Assembly: GCA_020891255.1 (NCBI GenBank)
Contig: BQFW01000008.1
Location: forward strand, 1,302,001-1,366,000
DNA from: Entomortierella parvispora E1425
Lineage: Eukaryota; Fungi; Mortierellomycota
Direction of reading: 5' to 3'
DNA length: 64,000 bases
The notes beneath the pieces are model-generated. The model worked only from the letters and a program-made list of their open reading frames with translations. It was not told the origin of the DNA and ran no database searches. Shown here piece after piece: positions 1 through 12,314 of the stretch (the first letter of the stretch is position 1; each line of letters begins with the position of its first letter). A program made the translations under genes and the position numbers.

Positions 1-894
1 GGCCCGGGGAATGGTAGCGATGGTAGAGTGCTAGGCAAGGAGAGATGATGGTGAGGAGACACGCAACGAGGAGAGGGAGAGCGAAGGAGGATGGAATGAG
101 AGCGCCAGAAAAAAAAAAAAGATGGAATGAGGGAGGAGGTGGGAGGGATGAAGGAGGATGGGGAGGAGAGGAAAGGAGGAGGGGAGGAGAAAGGGAGAGG
201 GAGAGGGAGACGGTGCAAGGAAGGAAGAAAAAGGACCTGAAGGAAGGAAGAAAACAAGAAAAGAGAAGAGAAGAGAAAAGAGGCGAGTGAGGCAAGAAGA
301 GCTTTGCTCGTTCGTCCAACGGGTTTTTTTGGGTCAGTTGTTTTTATTGTTTGTTTGTTCATCTATCTGTCCATTGTTACTGAAGAGCAAGGTCAGGGTG
401 GGCATCTGCACCCTCGTTTCGCTCTATCCCGAGGACAAGCATCTTTGCCATACCCCTTTCCCCAATGATAACAGATAGAGGGACGCGTGCAGTGTCAGGC
501 ACAAGTTTCGCGTCGCGACACTGGACGCCGTTCTGAGGGATGGATCCGGCCCCTTTGTGGCCGGGGGTGGGAAATAGTTCATATAAAGAGAGAGATAGAG
601 GGGAGGGAGCGCTGTTTGTTCCTGGTTCCTGTTTCAAGGCAAAGAGGCAGACAGACCGCTTACAGCTGCAAACAACTCTCCACTCGCCAACGGGGACAAA
701 AGTCAGCGTTGAGAGCATCTTTGTCTGGACCACAACAGAGCATCTGGTGAGCCTGAACACAAATCAACCAGCCATTTCAAACAAAATGTTATTTGTGGAC
801 CCAGCAGCGAGTCTTTACGTTCGGCCATTCGGTTTATCCCTCTTGTCGCGTGCGCCTGGAGGACGCACAGAGAAGTTAACTCTGTCGACCTGTC

Positions 895-954
895 GGTGGT
901 GGTGGTGATGGTGGTGATGGTGGTGGTGGTGGTGGTGGTGGTGGTGGTGGTGGT
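895..954. repeat. (GGT)n microsatellite, 20 units with two GAT variants
   Basis: Read directly. It explains the poly-His and poly-Thr ORFs on the minus strand. It probably lies in the 5' region of a minus-strand gene outside the window. Confidence 0.95.
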
Positions 955-1620
955 CAATGGAGGTGCAAGTGTGGCGGTCGTTGAGGCAGTCGTGTTGAAG
1001 GCAGATCTTGTTCCTGTCTCTAACTCTGTCTTTTGAAGCACCTTTCCCTGCAAGTAGGTCTCCAGCAGCTAATATAGACAGAGCGAGTGGACAGAGAAAG
1101 AAAAAGAAGCAGAAACAGAAACGGAAAACGAAAAAGAAAGAGAAAAAGAAACAGAAAAGGAGAGACGCGTCCCAAAGAGTCCCACGTTTTGGGAACAAAG
1201 TGAGGCCAGTCTGATCCAAGTGCGCCACCAAAATCAAAAAAAAATCCATCACTTATCCCAAAAAGAAATATTCGAATCACTCAGACCCTCCACGTCGATT
1301 CATCCGTCTCCCGCGCTGTCGACACGTTCTTTGCTCCCACACGGCCACCATAAATTTCTGGCGGGTGTCCTCAACTGCAAGTCACTTTCACTTTTCTTAA
1401 AGGTAGTGCATCCATCCAGCCAGCCAGCCCCTTTACTTCACGTCCTTTCTGCATCTCTCTTCATCCTCTACCCCCCCTCTCTCTTTCTCGCTGTCTCTCT
1501 TTCCTCGGAAATATCTCATTCTCTGCTCCATCCTGAGGGAATCTCGCTCATCCACAGTCGTATCACAGAGAGTAGAGACCTGCTTGCACATCTGGGGAAT
1601 ATCTACACATCCCTACTCTG

Positions 1621-4600
1621 ATGACCGAGGGACGCTCATCTTCAACCCTGTCGCCAGACGCGGCTCCATCCACTACTTCCACATCTGTAACTGTGTCGCT
1701 GGCCAACAAACTCACAGCACAACAGCGCACCCACCAATCCAGCCTGGCCACCACTGACGAAACCCCTGGCTACGAATTGCAATGGTCCCATTTGGTCCAT
1801 GCTGAAATCATCTCGGTCACAAGCGCTATGCGCCGTAACTCTCGATGGTCTGGCATGAGTGTCAGTGGACTGAATATGGGCAGTCTGGGCATGAACATGG
1901 GTCTTCGTGGACGTGAGAATCAAAAGGAGGGAACATATCGCAATCAGGTACTCGCATTCGATGCTGGAATCAAATTGTGTTGCCATTTGCGCTGGGAGCT
2001 AACACACCAAAAAAAAAAAAAAAAAAACTATTGCAACATAGGAAAGTCCCCTCATGATCGGTTTTAATGACCTGCGCTCTCGCTTGGCGGCAACATCAAG
2101 TAAACTAGCACTCATTTTCGATTGCGTCCTGTTGAGATTATCCAGGATCATTGCACATCAAGATCAAAATTAACCCTAGTTGCAAATCGATTCAAATCTA
2201 TTAGCGGCCAAGGACATGGACGCCGTGGCATTGTTGGACCCATTTCTGGAAGTTATCCAGTCCGGAGACACGAATGGACCCATTACCGGAACTGCGCTGA
2301 GTTCTGTGGAAAAGTTCCTTCTCTACAAGATTATTAGTAAGTGGACATTTGGTAGACAAATTTCGTGAGTAACTCTGTGCCTCGGTCTAAAGGTGAAATT
2401 ATGCTTTTAGACAAGGACTCGCCCAACGTCGCGCATGCCATGCAACGTCTCGCAGTGGCTGCAACGCATTGCAAGTTTGAAGCAAGCGACTCAGTTTCGG
2501 ACGAAATTGTCCTCCTCAAGATCCTCCAGGTTCTGCGCGTGGCTTTGACGAGCGGACCCGGTTCTTTATTGAGCGATGAATCTGTTTGCTCCATGATCGA
2601 GACAGGACTGAGCATGTGCTGCCAACTTCAACTGAGTGGTGAGTCTTCAATATGTCCTTGCGCTGTGTTTATCAAATTATATACCTGCTTACACTTTCGA
2701 ATCCTTGAATACACTCTTTAGAAATGCTGAGAAAGTCTGCAGAGCACACCATGATTGTTATCACGCAAACAATGTTTGAAAAGTATGTTCAGTCCCTGTC
2801 AACTACAATGCAGTCCTCAGGAGGGATCGTAGGGTGCTCGGTGACTTACTAAATTGCTACCACTCTCCTTAGACTTCGTACAATCCCAGTTCCAGAAGAC
2901 ACAGCGGAAAAGAGTGACCTCGAGACCCAGGATAGCGAGACTATTGTCGTCCAGACAGCCAATATTCAGGAGAGCGGAGAGCAGGTCAATCTCACAATCA
3001 ACCACAACCCTGCAACTGTGGAGACTGAAGCCGAGGCAGTTTTATCTGACAAAGTGAAGGAGGACGCCACTGAAAGCGAGAAAGATGGCGCTACCTTGCA
3101 CGGAGATTCAGGAACCCTGGTGACTTACATGGACGCTGCACGTATGTTTGATATGATCGCGACGAGTTTCCCCAATTGATTGGACTGTCTAAACTGAGGA
3201 GGTTCTTCCATTTTTTTCTATCACTTGCAGCACCCAAATCATATGGATTGCCTTCTATCCGCGAGTTGCTCCGAGTTTTGATTTCATTATTGAATCCTCA
3301 CGACCTGCAGCACAAAGATCGTATGCGAGTGATGTCTCTGAGTATTCTGGATGTTGCCTTCGAGACTGCTGGACGCAGTATCGCCAAGTTCAATTCCCTC
3401 ATGTCCTTGGTGTCGGACGACATGTGCAAATATCTCTTCCAGGTATGCCTTGTCCCTAGTTATAGCAAATTACGGAGACATTGGAGGCATCAGCATCTAA
3501 TAGCCTCGCCACTCTTTTTCTCTATTGCATACATAGTTGGCCCGCAGTGATACGGTTCCAATTTTGACTTTGACGCTTCGCGTGATCTCCACCGTTTTTG
3601 ACACTATGAAGTCGAGCCTAAAGCTGCAACAGGAACTCTTCCTTTCGTTCTTGCTGGAGCGTCTCAGTCCTCCATCTTTTGCTATGAAACCTCTCCCCTT
3701 CAACCCGGATTTTGGAGAGCCTCTCAGACCGACTGTTGCCAGCCCAGAACCTGAGTCCTCGCACGCCACCCGGGCTGGATCACCAAGTCCCTCAATCAAG
3801 AGCGGGAAAGGAGAGAAGATTGACACCACCACAGCCCATGGCGAAGTCCGTGAGCTTCTTCTGGAATGTTTGGGACAGTTCGCTCGTGCCCCCACATTCA
3901 TGGTGGACCTTTGGGTGAACTATGATTGCGGATTAGATTGTGGCGACATGTTCCAGGACATGATCAAATTCTTGACAAGGGTGAGTTCATCATCTCCACA
4001 TTGCCGTAATTCCTTTCTTTCTGCCGTTCCTAACCATTTCCCCCTTTTTTTTTTACTGTAGAACTCGTTCCCGGATTCTACTTCCTACTCTGCTAGCAAC
4101 TCGCATATGCTCTGCATGGACTCTCTGCTCCTCTTCATTAACCATATGGTCGACCGTCTTGCAATCCCTGCTGTACGTGTTTCTCAGATTTTGTGTTGTA
4201 TTCTCTCAAGCACGATGATTTTTCTCTAACCTACGCGTTGACCGTTTAAAATAGGAGGATGCCGAGATTCTCGATAAGGATCTGGAAAGCTATGCAGTCT
4301 TGTTTAAAAGAAGGCAGGAAAAGGAGATTCTGGTCAAGGGAACAGCCAAATTTGACGAGAACCCGAAAGCTGGTTTGCTTTATTTGGAGGAGCACAAAAT
4401 GATTTCGAGCTTGAACGACCCTGTCGCGGTTGCCCAGTTCTTGAAGTCTAGCACACGTCTGAGCAAGAAGCTTCTCGGAGAATACATTGCCAAACCCGCC
4501 AACCTCGAAGTTCTCAAGGCCTTTATTCGACTTTTTGACTTTGAAGGCGTATGTGTTTCTTTACGATGTATGAACATGAGGAGTCGAAGGGCGTCATACT

Positions 4601-7510
4601 AATAGTATCTGTCTTATAGAAACGTCTGGATGAAGCCCTCCGAGAGCTTTTGGAGACATTCCGTTTGCCCGGAGAATCGCAGCAAATTGAACGTGTCATG
4701 GAGCTGTTTGCCGAGATTTATTTTGCCACCAAGCCTCGCTGCATTGCTTCCCAGGATGCTGCCTTCATTCTTGGATATGCCGTCGTCATGCTGAACACTG
4801 ACCAGCACAACAAGGGAGTGAAGGGCCGTATGACTCTTGCTCAGTTTGCAAAAAATCTGAAAGGCGTGAACAAGGGCGAAGATTTTGCTCCTGATTACCT
4901 CGCAGAGATTTACGAGGCGATCCGAAAGCGCGAGATTGTCTTGCCACAGGAGCACGAAGGTCAACTTGGATTTAACTATGCATGGAAGGAACTATTGCGC
5001 AGAGCCGAAACGGCGGGTCCGTTGGTTGTGTCGCATACCGCCATGTACGACAAGGAGCTCTTTGTTTCTTCATGGAAGCCCATCATGTCGGCCATCTCCT
5101 ATGGTAGGCCAACAGCTTTTTACGACCTCTACTCATTTTTTAACAACATCCATGGCCAAGTTTCACTAACTGGAATGTAAAACGACTTATAGCATTCAAC
5201 ATGGCTCAGGATGACGCGACTTTGCAGAAATCTCTTACCGGTTACTATCAATGCGCGATTCTTGCAGCTCATTACCAACTTCCAGATATTTTCGACCGCG
5301 TGACAATGTCGCTTGCCAGGATGACTGGACTGCTGGACACACCCAACAACCCCGCCGACAACCGTGATGTTGTTGTGGATGGTACAACCATCACTGTCAG
5401 TGATCTCGCAGTTCAGTTCGGAAAGAGCTATAAAGGACAGCTGGCAGCAGTTGTGGCCTTTGGCGTTGCAAATGAGCATGGCAACATGATCCGTACAGGA
5501 TGGCGCCCTATTCTGGAGATTATCAAGAATCTCTTTGTCAACTCACTTCTTCCAGGATCCATGTTGGAAGTTGAGGATTTCTTGGCGGGAACCACCATGA
5601 TCTTGCTCAAAGCGCCAGTGGTGCCCGAGGTCAAGGACAAGATTCGACAGGACAGCTCTTTGTTGTCCACTCTTTCTTCCTACCTGCTCTCGTCCTCGTA
5701 CGCTTACGAGACCGCAAGAGAAGAGCCAACGGCCGAGGAGATCGAGTCTACGCGTTGCACTGCTGACTGTGTGGCTGCCTGTCGACTGGAGGAGCTGTTT
5801 AGCGACATTCGTCTTCTCGAGGATTTGCCTCTGAGCCACCTCATGGAAGCGATCAAATTCGTGGCCGATGGAAACTCGGTGACAAAGAGCACAAAGCCTC
5901 CCACCCCATCCAAGTTGTACAACCCTGCCAGCGTTTTCTTCCTGGAGCTGATGATTAGTTTGACCGTCCAGAACCGATACCGCGTCCAAGCTCTGTGGCC
6001 AATTGTCTTTGAGCATCTGAGCGACATTATCCGTGAGGCTGGATCTCAAAGTGTACTTCTCGTCGAGAGAGCCGTGGTGGGTCTTTTGAGACTCTGCATC
6101 CGCCTTGCTCACAAGGACGACATGTCAAAGGAGGTCTTGGATGCATTGGATCTTCTTCTGGGTCTTCCCATCGACGTCGTACCAGAAGTTGCGGAGCAAA
6201 TGATGGCTGGTGTTTTGAACCTGCTCAAGGCAGACTCTTCGTGTGTTCGACCCAACCTTAACTGGGACGTGCTCTTTGCACTTCTTTCATCCACCTCCAA
6301 CCACCCCGAGGCCGCCAAGTACTCTTTCGAAGCGATCAGCATGTTCGTAGCTGAAAACGATGGAGAGAACGTCAGCGTGGAGAACTATGCAGATTGCGTC
6401 GATTTGCTCATCCGTTTCGCCGCAGCAGGCGCGATTGGAGCAGAGGGAGCTCTTAAGCAGGAGAGTGGACAGCGCGGTAACAAGAACCACATGTCCAAGG
6501 CGCAAACCAACGCTGTTGACCGTGCCAAGAAGGCGATCGAGATGCTCTACAAGTTGCATAGCCAGGCCCCACGTTTGATCACACAGTCCAAGATGAACCC
6601 CGAGCTTACCTGGTCCGCCTACTGGTTCCCCATCCTGGTCGGATTGACCCAGCAATGTTCCAACCCTTGCCGCGAGGTCCGCAACCATGCCATGATCTAT
6701 CTCCAGCGCGCTCTTTTGCTTCCAGAGATTGTCACAGATAAGATCACAGAGTGGGTGGTGGTCTTTGACAAGGTCCTGTTCAAGTTGCTGGAAGATCTTT
6801 TGAGACCCGAGGTAGTTCAACAGGACCCTGCAGGATTCGAGGAGACCCGAAGCAAAGCCTGTGCGATTGTTTGCAAGACCTTCTTGCATTACTACTTTCG
6901 ACTTTTGGAATGGGAGGGACTTCAAGCCCTCTGGATGAATGTCTTGGATTATATGGATGCATTTATGCAGACTGCCCAGAGCGACCAATTGGTAAGCGTC
7001 TTGATGTTGTTGTTCTGGTTTTGAGGTCTATTATTTCCAATATTTCTAGTTCTGACCTTTCCGCCATTTTTTTATCCCCCATCCTATCAGTACGAGGCTG
7101 TTCCCGAGTCGCTCAAGAACTGCCTTCTGGTCATGTCGACTTCTGATGCCTTCTCCGAGGTCACTGCCGGCCAGCCAGGCAGTCTCTGGAACGTGACATG
7201 GGCACGCATCAACAAGTTCTTGCCCAATTTGAAGGCAGAGATCTTTCCTTCCCAAAGTGCCAACGAGAGCAGCTCCTCCTATGCAGCATTGATGATGGGC
7301 GTAGGAAAGACATTGTTTTCGACAGAGTTGCCCAGGATGTCGACAGAACCTGTTCCCCCCGCCCCCGCCCCTTCCACTACTCTGCCACAAGAAACGGTTG
7401 AACCTAGCCCGGCAGGACATACCTCGGATGTGATCCAAGGATTGGAGGCAGTCATGGACATGTCCCAGCATCCCACCCATACCACTGAGGCCGAAGACAG
7501 TTTGCTATAA
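1621..7510 (+). CDS. GBF1: Sec7-domain ARF guanine nucleotide exchange factor, GBF1/Gea1-Gea2 family, multi-exon
   Basis: N-terminal DCB/HUS-type segments (HCKFEASDSVSDEIVLLKILQ; LWVNYDC) and the Sec7 catalytic motif FRLPGESQQIER. HDS-type C-terminus (CSNPCREVRNHAM). About 12 GT-AG introns join the ORF-track fragments; the last exon starts at 7091 and the stop is at 7510. Confidence 0.93.
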
Positions 7511-7553
7511 AGATAGTTTGTCACCAAAATATATAAATGAAAGGCAAAAAATA

Positions 7554-8219
7554 GGTGGCGACTTAAGGGTGTACTATGCACGTGCAGGGTCCATGTCTCA
7601 ACGAAGCGAGCGAGGCGCGGAGTTGGAAATTGGTTGGAATCTTGGTGATTCCATGATTCCACTCAGCATTCCATCAACATTCCATCACGATCCTACAGTA
7701 GCCTTCTTGGCTGGTCAGGTGAGTAGACTCTCTTCATGCATTGGCTCGACTGACCAAGTTCCAACACCGCATTTGTCGACGCGACGCATGATGCAATTTA
7801 GAGAGCGTTCAGATCTTCAGAGATGTGTGGCCCTTAACTCGCAGTGCCACCCTGCACACTTTTTGCCCCTCTCGTTCCTTCTTCCCTCTTCTTTCTTTCC
7901 TCCACTCTCTTCAGTCTCGCCTCTCGCCTCTCGCTCTCGGATCCTTTCTCGGCCGTCGCCTCCCTCGACTCAAGTTTAGGTGATTTCTTCATGGCCATTC
8001 AATTAATCAATTTTTCCATTCAATCGGCTTCAAGGTTGACGTCAAGGCCCCGCGCGGAAGCAAGATTCCCAAACCTTGGCTAGTTCATTCTCCTCATGAT
8101 TTACATTTGAAAACCTCGGACCGTCAAGCCAGCAAGTTGTCGACTTCGCTCTTGTCCCACCTTCTCTCCGCTCTCTGTTTGCCATAGAGCCCTGTCGCCA
8201 ACCATACTTTTGGTTTCAC
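7554..8219 (+). repeat. Left inverted-repeat arm, 666 bp
   Basis: Line-by-line comparison with the reverse complement of 9304-9969. Differences occur only at 8130, 8169 and 8173. Confidence 0.97.
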
Positions 8220-8684
8220 CTTCGCCCCTCATACTCATCCGGCCATTCGTCTCCCGTTTGATCGCTTCAACCCCATCGTGAAGACCCTCTGCCCCTTTTC
8301 AAGGTCTCCCGATGCACTCCTGATGCACTCTCACTCTCTACCTCCGCTCCTCTTCTTTCAAGTATCTGTTTCCATTCACCCAGAGTTATGACAATCCCCG
8401 TGGCCCCAAAGGCTAGATCTGGTGGCGTTTTTTAATGGCGGGGGCGGCCCGTGCGCTAAGAAAAACGCCTACCAGGTAATGTGACAACAGTTGGTTCTTG
8501 CATGCATTCCTTTAGGCACACTGCAATCCGCACAGATTGTCGAACGAAGGCGCCACCTGACGAGTGAACCCTCCCTGAAAGCTCGCTGCATTTAAAAGTT
8601 GATCGATTGAATGACCATGGGGAGATTGAGGAGATCACATTAAAGTGGAAAGTAAGAAGAATGGGAGCTAAGGAATGGCTAAGG

Positions 8685-8845
8685 AATGGCTAAGCAAAAC
8701 GCAAAACTGAATGCATCGAAATCTCGCAGCGAGCTTAGCCTCTAAGTAATGGCTAAGCAAAATGCAAAACTGAATGCATCGAAATCTCCCAATCACCTGA
8801 CTGGCTAAGGAATGGCTAAGCAAAATGCAAAACCGAATGCATCGA
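8685..8845 (+). repeat. Three direct repeats AATGGCTAAGCAAAAYGCAAAACYGAATGCATCGA(AATCTC) at exact 63-bp period
   Basis: Copies start at 8685, 8748 and 8811, with 22-bp spacers at 8726-8747 and 8789-8810. GGCTAAGGAAT 11-mer units precede the array and a degenerate partial copy lies at about 8873-8890. Confidence 0.92.
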
Positions 8846-9303
8846 GCTTAAGGTATTGGTCACGGCTACAGTAAACAAAATGCAGAACCGTGTGGTCATA
8901 GGCGAATGAATGACTGAATGGCTTCTGCGCTCAGTGTACAACTGATAGAATACAAAAGCCGCAGCCTCTATGGACCTCGGGCGTCGGTGACGATTCAGGA
9001 GCGGATGTACTGCCGCGTACGGCACCGTTGTTCATATTTGGACCTGAGCTCTCGCGGCCTTGTGTTAGACTCTAGGTCTGTTCTTGATCCACTCGTAAGA
9101 TGTTTTTTTGAATTATAACAGTTGAATTTGCGCTTGGTTCAAACGTCTTGCTGTCTGGACCGATGGTGACGGCATCATCTGTTAGGGTTGCCGACATCGT
9201 CACCATAAGGCATCATCTTATACCAATCACCATGACTTTGTGGGAATTGTCATGGTTTACGTAGCCCGTCCCACACAATGTGTGGATAGAGTGTGGACGG
9301 AGT

Positions 9304-9969
9304 GTGAAACCAAAAGTATGGTTGGCGACAGGGCTCTATGGCAAACAGAAAGCAGAGAGAAGGTGGGACAAGAGCGAAGTCGACAACTTGCTAGCTTGAC
9401 GGTCCGAGGTTTTCAAATGTAAATCATGAGGAGAATGAACTAGCCAAGGTTTGGGAATCTTGCTTCCGCGCGGGGCCTTGACGTCAACCTTGAAGCCGAT
9501 TGAATGGAAAAATTGATTAATTGAATGGCCATGAAGAAATCACCTAAACTTGAGTCGAGGGAGGCGACGGCCGAGAAAGGATCCGAGAGCGAGAGGCGAG
9601 AGGCGAGACTGAAGAGAGTGGAGGAAAGAAAGAAGAGGGAAGAAGGAACGAGAGGGGCAAAAAGTGTGCAGGGTGGCACTGCGAGTTAAGGGCCACACAT
9701 CTCTGAAGATCTGAACGCTCTCTAAATTGCATCATGCGTCGCGTCGACAAATGCGGTGTTGGAACTTGGTCAGTCGAGCCAATGCATGAAGAGAGTCTAC
9801 TCACCTGACCAGCCAAGAAGGCTACTGTAGGATCGTGATGGAATGTTGATGGAATGCTGAGTGGAATCATGGAATCACCAAGATTCCAACCAATTTCCAA
9901 CTCCGCGCCTCGCTCGCTTCGTTGAGACATGGACCCTGCACGTGCATAGTACACCCTTAAGTCGCCACC
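9304..9969 (-). repeat. Right inverted-repeat arm, 666 bp
   Basis: Reverse complement of 7554-8219. The ORF track shows identical peptides on opposite strands (7844..8083+ and 9440..9679-). Confidence 0.97.
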
Positions 9970-10091
9970 ACTTTGTCCACTGGCCCCTTAAGAGATGTAC
10001 GGCAGAAGAACCCGCGACCCTGGGAAACTTCAGCTTTTCACACTTTTCTTGACATCCCCCATTCACCACAAAGAAGAAGAAAAAGTTGAAA

Positions 10092-12011
<1,920 letters not shown>

Positions 12012-12314
12012 ACACACCATTGAATATCAACCGTGAAGTCTCTGTGAAAATTGCAAGTGTTCGCAATAAAAAATACAAAAGGAAATATATCCACTCAAAG
12101 TAATGAACACCCCAACTTCACAATATTTGATATTTCAAGAGGAAGCATGCAATCTCTATTACATATATTTTTTTTCTTTTATTTTGGGTGTTTCGTGATA
12201 ATGTACAAAGGGCGCGATCTGAGGGCTAGGGAGGTATGGGGGAGCCAAAGCAGAACGTCAAAGATGCCTTGATAAAGTAGATGGGATGAGAAAGCTCCTA
12301 GGGTTGGACGAAAC

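Larger units (their letters stand above)
7554..9969. mobile_element. Non-autonomous long-TIR (foldback-type) DNA element, 2416 bp. Alternative boundary 7567-9956 with TTAA target duplication (Kolobok-like GG...CC termini)
   Basis: 7554-8219 is the reverse complement of 9304-9969 with 3 mismatches in 666 bp. The 1084-bp core has no recognisable transposase. TTAA occurs at 7563-7566 and 9957-9960. Confidence 0.8.

Noticed and set aside
815-1252. Minus-strand poly-His ORF and overlapping poly-Thr ORF
   Set aside because: These are translation products of the (GGT)n microsatellite and pyrimidine tracts; there is no domain or coding signal.
7518-7979. Duplicated 136-153 aa and 79 aa ORFs in the two arms as transposon genes
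   Set aside because: They are low-complexity translations of the pyrimidine tract, identical only because the DNA is duplicated. No transposase motifs.
8685-8845. CRISPR array
   Set aside because: Eukaryotic context, only three units, no cas genes, and the spacers reuse repeat sequence (GGCTAAG).
7563-9960. piggyBac assignment from the TTAA sites
   Set aside because: piggyBac ends start CCY inside TTAA, whereas these start GGG.
7554-9969. Inverted-repeat regional centromere (Komagataella/S. pombe-like layout)
   Set aside because: It is small, genes abut within 43 and 122 bp, the core is not AT-rich and the ends are transposon-like. It cannot be fully excluded without CENP-A or kinetochore ChIP.
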